Source of the DNA: a virus
IMG/VR virus record: IMGVR_UViG_3300046002_001345
Span: 3,489-67,488 of that record
DNA: 64,000 bases
Reading direction: 5' to 3' (one strand)
Positions 41,701-51,161 of the stretch are shown here, in pieces (the first letter of the stretch is position 1; the number at the start of each line of letters is the position of its first letter). The notes under the pieces were generated by a model. That model made no database searches. It was not told the DNA's origin and saw nothing but the letters and a program-made list of their open reading frames with translations. A program made the translations under genes and the position numbers.

Positions 41701-44700
41701 TACTGCCCGCTTTCCATCCTTGTTGAGCCCAGTATAAGAATTCACGTGCGCTTAACCGCCAGTTTTTGATTTCATTTAATTGGGGATCAGTATCTGTAAA
41801 TGTCCATCCTTGTGCTATTAGATAACGTTCGTAGCTGATCATAAAATCAACTACCTGTTGTTGCGTATTAAATTCATAACCGTAGGGTACATTCATTAAT
41901 AGATTTTGATAATCATTATAGATGGTAGCTGTACTGTTCAGTACTTTAATTTTACTAGCATTATTGTTTATAATACTTGGAATGATTGTAAAGTAACTAT
42001 TAAACAAATCATAGCCGCGCATACTATAACCATTATTTGTTTTTTCAATAATTAACGCACTGTAAATGATTTCATCCATGGCCACTGGTTTTTCATTTAG
42101 GAATACTTTATAGTTTTCATTAGGTATAAGAATACTATCATTGGTACTTGTTGGACTGACTTGTTCGGCTAATACTTCTAGATATTTTTGATCTGTAAAT
42201 CCGCTTACCTTATAGGTTAAATTAACTTGAAAGTTTTGTACCAGCGGCAGTAGATATTTTGCCGGGCTGACGCCTTGGTTGATCAAATATTCAGTAATCC
42301 AGTTAATATAGCCTGCGCCGCGATAAACTGTACCAGCACTGGTATTACCATTATAGTCAACTGCAGACTGTGTAATCTGTCTATTTGTACTATCTTCAAG
42401 GTATTGAGTAATTTCTGTTGTAATACCCTGCACATCAGTTGAGAAAGTGTATAGTGCATTTAACGGAGTATATGAGTTTACGTCAATTAATGTACCAAAA
42501 TACTTAGCTGGTTTTAATAACGCCAAGGCCTGTTGGGCGGCGAATGGAAAGTCGCTGCTCGTACGCCAGGCAAATTCCACAGGACCTTGTTGGCCAATAG
42601 CCCAGGCTGCGCCTGCTTGTTTGCTGTTAAATGTACGACATAACAATTGTGCCACACTGATTAAGTTACCGTTTTCATCTACTGGAATAAAATCTGACAG
42701 GCCAGGGCGTACATAATGTGGGTCAATGCCTTGACGATCACCGTAACGGATGTATCCTGCTTCTAAATCGTCCCATAGAACTTTATTGCCGCCAGTAAAT
42801 GGTGCAGGACCATAGAAGCCTTGCCACCAGTCTGGTTGACTAGGAAATCCTAACATTTCCCAAGGTGTTAAATGCGGACGAATTGTATCATAGAAATACA
42901 TATAACATGCACGCCAACTACCCGGCAACAATTCACCATTTACACGATCGCGACTTGAACTGTAGTTCCAAGTGAACGGATCATTGGGGTCAAAAGTATC
43001 ATTAATAGTATAATCAAGTTTGTTGTTACCAACCCAGTTTAAGAAACTTTGACTTCGCACTTGGTTTGCATCTGCTAATGTATAATCGCTACTTCTAAAT
43101 TTACCCGGAACTACACTAAAGATCTCGCTAAATGTAGTATTTGCAGATAATTTAATATTGTTATAGATACGTAGTTCTAATTCAAGTAAGAAGCTATCGC
43201 GATAGTCACCGAAACTTGGAGTAATACTACCATCGTGGCCACGAATAACAGTTGTAGATGTTCTATAAGTGTCATCTACAAAAATCTCAGGAGTGTATCT
43301 CGGCCATAGTCCTAACTTAGACGGAGTTTCTGGAATATAGTTACCATCAGTGTTACTATACTCAACAATTTTAATAATGTCGCCAACTGCCAACGCAATA
43401 GTAAAATCGATACTTGGCGTATCTGTTCTAAAGGTGTAGTCGAGCCCTTTAATAAGCTGCTGATCATTTAAATAAACCAACACAGCTTGATTGCTTAGTT
43501 TTGTATCACTAAAAATATTTGTAATTTCGTAATTTGTCTGCAACGGATCAAATACTTCAAAGCCGTCGATTGCTCCTATTTGTCCAACAATATTTTTTAA
43601 CGGACCGTAAGGTACCATGTCACTATAATACCAAGGGAATGATTTATTTTTAACAATATTAATTCTTGTTAAAATCTTATCAACGCTGCCTATAGGATCT
43701 GTTGGGTCAATACCTTCAAGACTAGTGCTCAATTCTAAGAATTTGTTTTTAAATTTAGTGTATTCTTGTTGAGTATAACGAACACTGTTAATAAAGTTTG
43801 CTTGTTCGTCAATTAAAAATAAACTTGCATAAGGTACAGGGGCACTGTGTTTAAGAATGGTACCGCCCTGTTGCTTAATATCAATATCACGTAGATTACT
43901 TTGTGCTAATACATCACCTTCAACAATTGTACTGTTTTGTGCCAATGCTACTAAGTGGTTACGTAGCTGGCCTAGCGTTAAACTATCAATATCAATGTTC
44001 TGTGAATTTAAATCTAAATTTTGTGGAACTTGATAAAATGCTGTAGAACTTATTTCGTTACTATAGACTAAAATATCAATTTGATCGTTAATATTTAATG
44101 TAGTACTAATAGTGATTTGATTACCAACAATTGTCCAATCGATTGTAGGTTTTAAATATACAAAATTCTGGAATACTTTTACATAAGGAATAGATTGTTC
44201 ATCGCTTACTGGTGTGATGTCTAAGGTAAACGTATCAGTATAACCGTTGATATTTAGATAATTGTCAGGGTTTGTTGGCTCAGTATAAACAAAGCTGAAT
44301 AGCTGATATTGTTTGCTTTGCTCTGGAACTGTTAGCCATGTATTTTTTGGATCCAATGTTTGGCTATCTACAATTTTTTGAATGTAGCCTAGATTAACAT
44401 TACGCGACACAATCGTTCCAGACTCGTCAACGTAACTAAAGGTATCAGTATTAAAAAAGTTTTGGAATTTAATATCACCTTGAGTGGTAAAATTCTTATA
44501 ACTTAAGTAAAAATTAGTAATAGCATTGCCATTTGCATCATATACAGGTGCAACAGGGCCTCTACTTAACACACTATCAGTAGTTCCTGTAGTTGCTCTA
44601 TCATATCCAAAGATCTGTGTGCCAATAAATGTACTACGAGTATACTGGCTTAGACTTTTACCTTGAATAACTTCTCCTGTACTTAGATCTAGTCTACTGT

Positions 44701-47287
44701 CTAAGACATCAAATAATGGGGGTTGTTGTAGATATTCTTTTTGTTGGCTTTGATTCCAATTAACCCCATCAAACCACCATTGGCTACCTTTATATATTCC
44801 TAGTTTAACCACTGTGGTATTGTAGGCAATAACATCTCCATCGGCCGCTTTTGTAAGTTCAACATAATAAGGGCCCGATGGTAATTGTAACGAGTTAACG
44901 CTATATTGAACTAACGTTAATAGATAAATTTTATTTTTAACTAGCGGGTCAGTATCGTTGCCAAAAATTACACGTAGACCTTCTGGGTAGGCAATATCGC
45001 CGTTACTGTCAAACAGCTCAATACCAAATACACTGGTATATATTTTACCTTGTAGGTCAATGAACGCATTTTGAATAGTTGTATCTAATACGTCAATTGG
45101 TGCTTTAGCAATACGCCCATCATTGACCAATTGCATATTAGATTCAAATTGTACAATAGGACGTTGGCCACGAATACCATTATTAAAAGTTGGAACAGTG
45201 CCATTATAGGCTGCTGTAGCAGTAATTACATCAACATGGAACCATCGATTGCCGCGAGACCATGCATTGCGTTCTTTACTTGCACGATTGATGGTAATGT
45301 AGTCGGGGAAATATTCACCTGGATAATTTATTGCTATTTCATCAATATATGCTTCTGGAGTTACTAGCTCGTCAACTGGTACTAATTGTATTCCGCCACC
45401 GATATCACCAACTTGTTCAACATAAAATTGACGATTTTGATAGTATGCTGGGGCTACATCATCACCAAATTGCACTTTAAGCCCTGATGTGAATTCAATA
45501 CCATTAGGACTAGTATAGTTTTGCTGACCTATGATATCAGTCTCTACATCTATTATCCACCCAGCATATTGAATAATTTTAATCGGAGTATAGATATTTG
45601 GCGCAACCCCATCTTGAATCCATAATTGATCATTTTGTGAAGTCAATAAAGGAACCGTAGCAAAGAAGCCGTCGTAATCTTTAAAGAATTCTTTGTTAGC
45701 ATTTGCAATGCCAAGTTTAATATAGATCTTCTCATTAACTGCTACATCTTGAGTATGAACTAGTTTAAGCAACGGGTCGCCAGATGCAATGCTTGTAACT
45801 ATAGTTCCGGCAGCAATGTCTGTGTACGATGCTGTTACATTCATTACTCCTGTATCGTTGGTTAAGGTAAATTCACTTCCACTAACCGTGTCGCTGATTG
45901 TAAATGTTGTTACTGAAGTAACATCTTTAATATAGTAAGTAGTACCTGAAATTATTCCTCCCACTGCTGGGTTTCCAACAAATACCACAGGCATATTTGC
46001 TACTAAGCCGGTTGTAGTTGTAACAGTGATCTCGTTGGTACCAGATGCAGTTGCAGACAGTGCGGTTATGACATCTGTACGTTTTATAGTCGCATTAGCC
46101 GATACCGTAACAGTGTTAGGAACATAAACATATTCTTGTCCTACAGTTGCGTCATATAATAATGATACTACTTGACTTCCTACTGTTAAACTTGTACCAG
46201 CAATAATATTTGCAGCAATAGCAGTATCTAAACGTAATTTTTGACCAATGTCAACATAAACCACACGCCATACGTCATAACGATCTTCTTCAGCAATGAC
46301 CGCATTGGCATCATACCCCGGAATAATATCGCCGTCATTGTCAACTACTACTGGATTCGTCCAGGCTTCTTCACCTGCATTTGTCCACGTGTTAACATCG
46401 ACAAATATAGTATATCTGCTGTTTAGTTGACCTGTGATACCTGCATATTGTGGATATGCGGTTAAAAATTGGCTTAATGTTTTATTAGCTACCTGACTGT
46501 ACGGGATAGGAGTAGCATAGTCTACACTAAACACAGTAGGCATATTGACATAACGATCTTGTGCGTAGGTTTGTGGTACTTTGAATGTTACTATACCGTT
46601 ATCAGCACCGTTATTTTCTACGCCAAATACATCGCGTGAACTTAAGGTAGGAGTAGCACTAACTACACCGTCTATACCAGTCTCTGTTTGAATCCAAAAC
46701 GGCACACCCGGTTGGTCAACTACAAACTCATAAACTCCGCCGCGGGCACAAATAATACTGTTATCAACAACACCGTTGTTTCTAAATATATAACGACCGT
46801 TAGCAGCATCACGTGTCACGGTGTAGGTAATCGTTAAATCAACCCCGCTGGTGTTTACATCAACCGGGTCAGGTCCATCTGGTAGCCAATAGTATTGACT
46901 AAAATTAATTAATTTGTCAAAACTAATCCTAGGATCAAACGTATAATAATCTTGTTCAAATAAACGACTGTGATTATTTGTTAATCCACCATAATATCCA
47001 ATTTTATCTAATAGATCAATATAGTCAGCAACAAAGATAACATTGTTTTGTTCATCTTTGATTACAACCCCCGGCTCTAGCTGATAATTCTGTCTAGTCG
47101 AGTTGTATTCAACAACATAACTATCACCAGTTTTATATGTAGGGGCGAATTTACGACCAATATATCCATAAAGCGTCTCTAAGTTTGGTTCAGTTACTAA
47201 CTGATCCATTGTAGCGGCTAAGAATTTCTTATTAGCATCACTTTGGAATACGGTAGGTAAAAATTTATAGGTTTTTCTTGTTGCCAT
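32714..47287 (-). CDS. giant 4857-aa baseplate/virion protein (position of T4 gp7) with FG-GAP propeller, CBM-like and Ig-like modules
   Basis: Uninterrupted 14.6-kb ORF directly after gp6; seven FG...GAP-like blades; W..xT.Y..G CBM-like motifs; GxGY...P.I.I repeats; YIEEVKPYRTKIR. Confidence 0.8.
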   Translation of the reverse strand: MATRKTYKFLPTVFQSDANKKFLAATMDQLVTEPNLETLYGYIGRKFAPTYKTGDSYVVEYNSTRQNYQLEPGVVIKDEQNNVIFVADYIDLLDKIGYYGGLTNNHSRLFEQDYYTFDPRISFDKLINFSQYYWLPDGPDPVDVNTSGVDLTITYTVTRDAANGRYIFRNNGVVDNSIICARGGVYEFVVDQPGVPFWIQTETGIDGVVSATPTLSSRDVFGVENNGADNGIVTFKVPQTYAQDRYVNMPTVFSVDYATPIPYSQVANKTLSQFLTAYPQYAGITGQLNSRYTIFVDVNTWTNAGEEAWTNPVVVDNDGDIIPGYDANAVIAEEDRYDVWRVVYVDIGQKLRLDTAIAANIIAGTSLTVGSQVVSLLYDATVGQEYVYVPNTVTVSANATIKRTDVITALSATASGTNEITVTTTTGLVANMPVVFVGNPAVGGIISGTTYYIKDVTSVTTFTISDTVSGSEFTLTNDTGVMNVTASYTDIAAGTIVTSIASGDPLLKLVHTQDVAVNEKIYIKLGIANANKEFFKDYDGFFATVPLLTSQNDQLWIQDGVAPNIYTPIKIIQYAGWIIDVETDIIGQQNYTSPNGIEFTSGLKVQFGDDVAPAYYQNRQFYVEQVGDIGGGIQLVPVDELVTPEAYIDEIAINYPGEYFPDYITINRASKERNAWSRGNRWFHVDVITATAAYNGTVPTFNNGIRGQRPIVQFESNMQLVNDGRIAKAPIDVLDTTIQNAFIDLQGKIYTSVFGIELFDSNGDIAYPEGLRVIFGNDTDPLVKNKIYLLTLVQYSVNSLQLPSGPYYVELTKAADGDVIAYNTTVVKLGIYKGSQWWFDGVNWNQSQQKEYLQQPPLFDVLDSRLDLSTGEVIQGKSLSQYTRSTFIGTQIFGYDRATTGTTDSVLSRGPVAPVYDANGNAITNFYLSYKNFTTQGDIKFQNFFNTDTFSYVDESGTIVSRNVNLGYIQKIVDSQTLDPKNTWLTVPEQSKQYQLFSFVYTEPTNPDNYLNINGYTDTFTLDITPVSDEQSIPYVKVFQNFVYLKPTIDWTIVGNQITISTTLNINDQIDILVYSNEISSTAFYQVPQNLDLNSQNIDIDSLTLGQLRNHLVALAQNSTIVEGDVLAQSNLRDIDIKQQGGTILKHSAPVPYASLFLIDEQANFINSVRYTQQEYTKFKNKFLELSTSLEGIDPTDPIGSVDKILTRINIVKNKSFPWYYSDMVPYGPLKNIVGQIGAIDGFEVFDPLQTNYEITNIFSDTKLSNQAVLVYLNDQQLIKGLDYTFRTDTPSIDFTIALAVGDIIKIVEYSNTDGNYIPETPSKLGLWPRYTPEIFVDDTYRTSTTVIRGHDGSITPSFGDYRDSFLLELELRIYNNIKLSANTTFSEIFSVVPGKFRSSDYTLADANQVRSQSFLNWVGNNKLDYTINDTFDPNDPFTWNYSSSRDRVNGELLPGSWRACYMYFYDTIRPHLTPWEMLGFPSQPDWWQGFYGPAPFTGGNKVLWDDLEAGYIRYGDRQGIDPHYVRPGLSDFIPVDENGNLISVAQLLCRTFNSKQAGAAWAIGQQGPVEFAWRTSSDFPFAAQQALALLKPAKYFGTLIDVNSYTPLNALYTFSTDVQGITTEITQYLEDSTNRQITQSAVDYNGNTSAGTVYRGAGYINWITEYLINQGVSPAKYLLPLVQNFQVNLTYKVSGFTDQKYLEVLAEQVSPTSTNDSILIPNENYKVFLNEKPVAMDEIIYSALIIEKTNNGYSMRGYDLFNSYFTIIPSIINNNASKIKVLNSTATIYNDYQNLLMNVPYGYEFNTQQQVVDFMISYERYLIAQGWTFTDTDPQLNEIKNWRLSAREFLYWAQQGWKAGSILVVSPVSNTLNAITSGAVTEGIEDSQYGSRVVDQNFNLIKNNNYAVYRTPTEFKLELQDEASVIGYVKVSLVQYEHTLIFDNTTVFNDVIYQPSSGNRQFRLKLIGQRTADWDGSLSPEGYIYNSGVVDAWYQGQDYLKGDLVQYKSQYYTALRDIPANGTFQFQNWQVLGKNEIQTGLLPNFSTIAVESQSFYDSYAKIRNKNQMAYSHALIGFRERQYLSDLGLTETTQIEFYKGYVAQKGTKNAVDAFTKATINNLTSNIALYEEWAVRVGEYGALTSNPFVEIALDEKAFGVNPSVASFVDAADNNLANGVTIFNSTQLHKSYGAYSANVALNRTENSDYDNDIPTAGYVNIDDVDLQIFDLTNYVDLDNKIADMGSGYLIWVAKDFTQDWNVFRVTETNNQITAVTNSLNGYITFTTDNPHGLSKYDIFLVKNFDAAYNGFYQVLRVTGASSLLVRYTGDITNLGNLTTQTGSGMLFRLDSMRFKYMEESRVYGLLNPPNGWKVGDKIWIDIDAETTAVQGQPFGTQPSGTWKVYEKQTPWGLDQEVIKGGSEYVPNDGFGTSVKMSSDGLIIVAGAAQQGQIQFTTTGYLNANVGAYIEQVSSGANLTLVSNLGGNIYAGQYNNNFTFDSTGNLSILSIDTGAKFISSTTRIGYVNTFLKNYAGEFDQGLILTPTAANTYAYGHSVDLATTAAGNTKVAIGAPSSWSGNGYVYIYDKTLSSYSFDRSQILVSNVTGDQFGYSMAFNQDGEWLYISAPGNNSVYAYGLKRYVPVQTQLTSVNNKNTVYLNSPISVNPTDVLIQANTGARTSVLSVVSSTEIVVDNITNFVKVTTGTDGNVVIDANLTILANISVLSSGNLVSYGVYPTDLRSNAAVSSIQINSFTPDFTSGSDASSLLVTSLDKTFIPNIDYVFDYSTRTVRFINNGNIASNANISATTVTITQRPYYALVQKLTVPTGNSWAQFGYAISSSFDGAQVAVGAPGDTVEDINGILQLGAGAVYVYDRVIEAFNSVTDAVAGTGGQDYNTENIIATVHKVTIDGIENIQYTVVGTNTIRFTNPPAIGQVILVEVNKFNYLERLIGVDSLTGGLAAIQANAAFGTSLTICSNNCAIYIGAPYYDNGTEYNSGAVWKFHNRGRLYGTDTGYVLNPTFNPVDTIRLNNFEVRISLGLTGNVTVSTGDWITQPSTGANVRVTESTTGDIVKVSGYQNAYVFSTGANVAINNSWTASNVAVRLTTLDEFVQDVNDANILGVTATNENGYLRLDSDVKVAKDQLRILSGITNSSSAGVLAESEMIVFAFMQIIVNPYGLPGEYFGTKVKLAANAYMLVIGSARGTTKELTTIDVSTTTNGTVFDAASTRLHDRIPGSGSVYIYELYDDPRDDVEDPGRYAFAQQLDPGILIPGGQFGYALDIEGAYITIAAPFMAPAGAPAKSGSIYVFSNPTMARGWGLIRYQSPKVDLDSVTRAYLYSSQTNLIEENLQFVDPAKGRILGQAEENISFKTEYDPAVYNKGYNSEADINSSVYWSDKQVGKVWWDLSTVRFIDYEQDSLTYRSLHWGELFPGSSINVYEWIESTVLPSQYVNTNGALQGIPKHEDDSAYVEIITVDQTTGIITTRYFFWVYDQTHLDDTIPSRTLPVKAIVDYIANPKSQGIPYAAMIRSNAIVFYNVATYLSSDNTIVHLDHQLEINTDLIHSEYELIQKGNPNNPIPTKLVNKFVDSLAGIDQQGSTVPDPTLSLADRYGVDIRPRQSMFVDRLSAVNEMIQYVNDIFAINPIAEQFDLTGLNAQEAEPNFKLGEYDQAVSTEVELEYIDTLPLSPGYRVLVKNDTSQNGLWVLYTLTDSKSWLITRVQSYKTSIYWSYADWYATGYSASTKPDFSVETTVNALALQAIAGSVIYIRNATGNNTWQLVVVEVGGGLGVVGIQNGTVQLDTTLGNYVDNNLGFGNQDFDSNRYDQNPNKEIRSIVQALYNNIFKNTLQGEFNNLFFVMINYLLTEQTYVDWLFKSSFISITHKLRTLSQFPSYVVDNQTYYQNYIEEVKPYRTKIREYLLDYTGNDTFGGDITDFDLPAYYDTFGLTSMFRSPSGEAPYVAKDSATWQTWPYNQWYNNRNLVVDGIRIENAGKGYILPPAITIISTDGNGNGATATATLDGNSGSLISITVTNSGSGYTTTPTVIVNGSVVGNIVVIGGNVNLISSTYTINSTAGLFTGMSANTAFDATTVIAAIDSANSQITMSSANISSFTGTAISFGYTSINAGTVATAYAVMKNPVVRSFNSTLKFDRINYTSNVKVWTANTTYIQTQFDANGRVSSGDIITYAFQDGNVMLRKAYFINSNITTSTQFIPSDYTVCPASYFSNANDRIIGYYEPANVMPAVDTIQTAVTMANTATNTNTIYVYNAASLAKNMYIGESGVQAGYVTGLIGNINLQVNSLGHFYGNLYKGSTAIENITNMSGLQVGQYVTGANIGFEATIVSVNYTTNSVNLTDTISGNLTLANISFGGIPIKVTQVTLSTNVTLATDTTITARYDSLEQLVPGVTYPTSVTQSVPFTLNPLFGRSYDIAPYDPVQFSKDGIALLSTSVYDQALYSLYANIALGTAPEDIVTQGGQFIDTYHSRAPEELVPGITFDTLDMRIYTKVGANVAAYRIFDNMVNEPAYLKISTANTTQLSTNLSITDANIYVIDATLLTEPSPLYARPGVVFINGERITYYKKNIYTPVVWSANTAYAAGTAINYAGNNYIVTGNVNANSWNYVSTANISYLPGTNVLGQIRRGTQGTGANVLYPVGVRVTDASPNQTLPDTVYGNLMVNANVLYNSGTGGNILEGNGLVGSTTSAAMFIKDWPSYDPTNIYTYVINTPVTNWSLAVNASTARFASNVTISDVFGVVVTSSATESLLPASSRTMKYTWEWSADGITWNVITDSWTYIDGIQFAQGTNNTLSLVNLNDPAHAWYPTGPIGYQVRCTTTFNSIYGLIPFASATGTITA

Positions 47288-47304
47288 GCTAGTCCCGTTT
47301 TTTG

Positions 47305-50300
47305 TTAACTTACTATGATTGCGCCAGTTTGATTCAATTGTGCTGCAGTAATCGCTGTAATAATTTGTACATTGTCTACAGTGGCTGCGCTTGTAATAAT
47401 TTCATTAATGTTAGCATTTACCTGTAACAAACTACCAAATGCATCTGCTTGGTTAGCAGGAACAATAATAATGCTAGAAACATTGGGACTTAGTTGAACA
47501 TGCAAATAACTTGCTAGTTCACTGAAGTAAAACGTTTCACCAAAGTCCCAATTACCGACATCAAAATATGTGTTGATCGCTGCGATTACACTGGTTTTAA
47601 TTTCGTTATCACTAACTACTACATTAGGATTTTTAACTATCTTAAACGTGGCCTGCAATGTAGGTATTGCTTTGCTACCAAATAAAGGTTTAAACTTAGC
47701 AGGATTATAAATGATAGTGTCGCTGATTGCTTTATAGTTGTCCAGGGTACTGTAGTCAAGTTGCAATTCTTCACTGGTGGGCTCCATCGGCTGTGAAACT
47801 TGTCCAGAGGTATCCTGTATCCATGCCAGATAATCAATTGAATATTGCTGTGTTAATACATACAAGTCAATGATGTTATTTGGGCTCGGATCAATACGTC
47901 TGTTGTTAGGACTGTTATGACGATATTGGAAGTACAAATCTTGGCGCCCTAATTTAGCTGTGTACCCCGTAACTGTGTTAATTGCAAACACTGCACCGCT
48001 CACAGTCAATTGATAGAATATATCTAAATTAGGAATGTAAAATAATTGTCCTGTTTGATATAGTGTTTTAGCCTGTTCGATTGCACGCAAGGTACTGTAC
48101 GATGACACCACTGTGGCATTATCTACAGGAGTTTGAATAACAAAGTTATCGTAACCAACAGTGTCTTGGAAGTATACGTATTTTTCAGCAGTGTTTACCG
48201 TAGGGTTCACAATAAGATCAAACAGTTCAGGATTATCGGGTATGCCGTCATTGTCGCTGTCGCTGAATGTTATATAAATTTTATCAATATTTACATATCC
48301 GTCAACTTCAGTAATCGACTTATTGATGTACCATATATAATCCAATGCCAATGGGTTGCTATCATCAGGATTGCTATTAACTTTTAACACCTTAATTTGA
48401 TCGTGTACTGTTAGTCCCGTTTTAGCATCAAAAATCTTTGTAGCGCCATCATAGTAGAAGTTAGTTTCTAATACACTTTCAAACACGTAGTTTAATCCGT
48501 GATATAATACTGTGTATGTTTTACCTACTGTTTGAAAAGCGATAATCCAGCTAGCATCTTTGGCCTGGCCGCTAGTATCACCCGCCCATGTTAGACTAAA
48601 GTCATCAGCCAAGTCTAAATCTGTTGGTAATATAATTTTCCAAGTACCAGTGTCTGTGTCGTAGCGTAGGCCAAAGTTAGCATAGGCTTGTATATAGCCT
48701 ACCATAGACTGTACTAGTGCGTTAGGAAAATCAACATTAAACACAGCAAACACTTTATCACCAATGATAGTTTGTTCATTACCGTCCAATCCCACTGCTG
48801 GAATAATTTGATTTAGTGTAACAGGTCCTGCACCACTGGCTAAATTACCTTGCCCACCATTAGTACCATCACCCACTACTAATTCAATAGCTGCATATAC
48901 ATAATATTTGTCGCCTGATTTGCTAGGAGTACCTGTGCGTACATAGTTTTGGCTATCAAAATAATTGCCTGCACCTGCGCTAAATCTAACAATCGCACCT
49001 TGGCGAATGTATTTGTTGCTGTTAGCAACTATATCACCAATTTGTAGGATATTACCTGCTACATCGACGAAAAAACCAGTACAACCGTTGGCAATTGTAG
49101 TTGATGTGTGCCAATATACATCTGTTAAGGTAATCAACGGATAGTCGGCGTAGAATAATTGTTGTGTTTCTGTTGACTGTGCAATTGGTGCCACACGATC
49201 GTAAATCGTACGATAGATGTCATTGGTTGTAAAGAAGTCAAAGCTAAATGTGTCAGTTAAACTGTCACGATATAACATGCCATCTTGTGAAAAGATGTTA
49301 GTGCTTGAGTATTTGCCAGTTGCGTCAATAACATCTAGGTAACGACTAACCCCAGAACTTGTACGATTAACTGCTTTTACTTTTAAAATGTTACTGAATA
49401 GCGTGTAAGGTAAGATGTTATAATCTTCACCTGTGATCATACGATTCTGTGTATAGAATTGTTGTGGAGCTTTTTGACGTATGTCGTCTAGACTTTCACG
49501 TGTACTTGAGTTAGCAATAGTGTATTGTAGACTGGTTGAGATGTTTAATACTTCGACACGGCCCGATTGGCTGACGTAATTAATAGACATAACCACACCC
49601 TGCATTTCGTCAGGTGTAATTTTGTACTGCAAACCGTTTGATGCTCTATAATATACACGGAAGTTGCCTTGCGGAATATTACTAAATGCGCCGTCACCAA
49701 ATACTAAATCAATTTGATCGGCAGCCTGTGTGTTTACCTGATAGATATTACGATTTGAACTATTGTTATAGATAACATTAGTATTAGCCACAGCAGGAAC
49801 CTGTGTCCATAGCTGTCCTAACGTACCATCACTGTTTACACTGTATAACCAAACGTCACTGTTATTGATGTTGTTTACGTTGATATTAAAAATGCGGTTA
49901 GGGATACTTTCCGCAAAGTTGAAATCACGCGATTGTATAATACCTTGTACAAAGTACAAGAAGTAACCTGTATTATTGCTGCCATTACCTAGCCCGTCAT
50001 TTTTGTATAAGAAATTAAACGGTGCACTTACAAATGGTGCCGTTTCATATACATAACTTTCGCCTGTGCTAGTGGGACTTACAAATTCAAAATCCATACT
50101 AGTACCAGCCACTGTGGCTTTAAATGGGTAAACTGACAATCTACCAGGAACATAATTTATGTTATATTCTTCTACGTTAACACCTGCAATAGTCTGACTG
50201 CCTGCAGGCTTGCCGATCATTTGATTGCTTTCTAACGCAGCATTTAAGATAATAGTAAATTGTTCTAACCAATTGCTGTTAGCACTGTCTGCCCAATTAA

Positions 50301-50724
50301 CCACTAGACCGCTTAGATTAATACCGTTACTGTCGAATACTGTTTCAGTTGTTGACACACTGTCAAATTTTAAATAGCCTCTGCTATTGATATTGCGTTT
50401 AGGGTTGTATGATATTAATCGTGCTAGTTTTAATACACTGTCACGACGTTGTGCAGTATCAATGAAGTTTTCGCGAGCGTTTAAATCACCACGGAAGGCC
50501 AATGATTGACCTAAGAAGGCAATCATATCGATTAATGCAATAAATTCGCTTGATTCGATATAGTCGTTGAAGTCTTCTGGATAGTACAACTGAAGGTAAC
50601 TAATCATCGAAGCACGAATAGTTTCATAATCGTAGCTTTGGAAGTCAGCGTTACGGAAGGTCTGATAGACTTTTGTCCAGTCCTCTGCAACTAATAAACT
50701 CGATTGTCTTGTGGTAATTGCCAT
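47305..50724 (-). CDS. baseplate wedge subunit, gp6-like
   Basis: DFQSYDYETIR, DFNDYIESS, ENFIDTAQRRDSVLKLARLISYNP, FGDG and QNRMITGEDY motifs. Confidence 0.88.
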   Translation of the reverse strand: MAITTRQSSLLVAEDWTKVYQTFRNADFQSYDYETIRASMISYLQLYYPEDFNDYIESSEFIALIDMIAFLGQSLAFRGDLNARENFIDTAQRRDSVLKLARLISYNPKRNINSRGYLKFDSVSTTETVFDSNGINLSGLVVNWADSANSNWLEQFTIILNAALESNQMIGKPAGSQTIAGVNVEEYNINYVPGRLSVYPFKATVAGTSMDFEFVSPTSTGESYVYETAPFVSAPFNFLYKNDGLGNGSNNTGYFLYFVQGIIQSRDFNFAESIPNRIFNINVNNINNSDVWLYSVNSDGTLGQLWTQVPAVANTNVIYNNSSNRNIYQVNTQAADQIDLVFGDGAFSNIPQGNFRVYYRASNGLQYKITPDEMQGVVMSINYVSQSGRVEVLNISTSLQYTIANSSTRESLDDIRQKAPQQFYTQNRMITGEDYNILPYTLFSNILKVKAVNRTSSGVSRYLDVIDATGKYSSTNIFSQDGMLYRDSLTDTFSFDFFTTNDIYRTIYDRVAPIAQSTETQQLFYADYPLITLTDVYWHTSTTIANGCTGFFVDVAGNILQIGDIVANSNKYIRQGAIVRFSAGAGNYFDSQNYVRTGTPSKSGDKYYVYAAIELVVGDGTNGGQGNLASGAGPVTLNQIIPAVGLDGNEQTIIGDKVFAVFNVDFPNALVQSMVGYIQAYANFGLRYDTDTGTWKIILPTDLDLADDFSLTWAGDTSGQAKDASWIIAFQTVGKTYTVLYHGLNYVFESVLETNFYYDGATKIFDAKTGLTVHDQIKVLKVNSNPDDSNPLALDYIWYINKSITEVDGYVNIDKIYITFSDSDNDGIPDNPELFDLIVNPTVNTAEKYVYFQDTVGYDNFVIQTPVDNATVVSSYSTLRAIEQAKTLYQTGQLFYIPNLDIFYQLTVSGAVFAINTVTGYTAKLGRQDLYFQYRHNSPNNRRIDPSPNNIIDLYVLTQQYSIDYLAWIQDTSGQVSQPMEPTSEELQLDYSTLDNYKAISDTIIYNPAKFKPLFGSKAIPTLQATFKIVKNPNVVVSDNEIKTSVIAAINTYFDVGNWDFGETFYFSELASYLHVQLSPNVSSIIIVPANQADAFGSLLQVNANINEIITSAATVDNVQIITAITAAQLNQTGAIIVS

Positions 50725-50744
50725 ACATTATTCCCAATATAATG

Positions 50745-50752
50745 TATTTATC
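50745..50752 (-). promoter_or_regulatory. T4-type late promoter (GATAAATA)
   Basis: Intergenic CTAAGATAAATA upstream of gp6; GGGA RBS in the short leader. Confidence 0.7.
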
Positions 50753-50775
50753 TTAGAAATAAACTGTGTAGTTAA

Positions 50776-51156
50776 TTACTGTGCAGAAAGAGATTGGGAT
50801 TCGCCGTTAAAATTTAACAGCATTGTATTGATTTGATTAGTTGGAACGTAGCGCAATTGTAGTTCAATTTGAATACCTTGGTCGTATTCTGTAACTATGA
50901 TATTATCAAAACTAACACGAGGATCATAACCAGCAACGGCCGATATGTCTGCAATGATCACACTTTTTAAATCTTCTGTGAACGGCTCATACAGTACATT
51001 CCAGATAATTGTACCAAAGTTTGGGTTCATCAACTTCTCACCTTTACGGATGTTGAAATGATTTATAATGTCTTGTTTGATTAAGTCAAAGTCAGTCAAG
51101 CGGAAATTTTTGCTTGCTCCTAATGTACTAAATCCTTTATAAGTTGCGCCGGCCAT
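50776..51156 (-). CDS. baseplate wedge subunit, gp25-like
   Basis: LIKQDIINHFNIRKGEKLMNPNFGT...LYEP...YDPRV. Confidence 0.9.
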   Translation of the reverse strand: MAGATYKGFSTLGASKNFRLTDFDLIKQDIINHFNIRKGEKLMNPNFGTIIWNVLYEPFTEDLKSVIIADISAVAGYDPRVSFDNIIVTEYDQGIQIELQLRYVPTNQINTMLLNFNGESQSLSAQ

Positions 51157-51161
51157 ATTAA

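Noticed and set aside
32714-47287. Many N-X-S/T sequons as evidence of N-glycosylation
   Set aside because: The protein is rich in Asn, Ser and Thr; by rough estimate the count is near chance, and a shuffling test would be needed
50762-50773. AACT-gtgt-AGTT mini-palindrome upstream of the gp6 late promoter
   Set aside because: Only 4-bp arms and not clearly repeated at other promoters in the window
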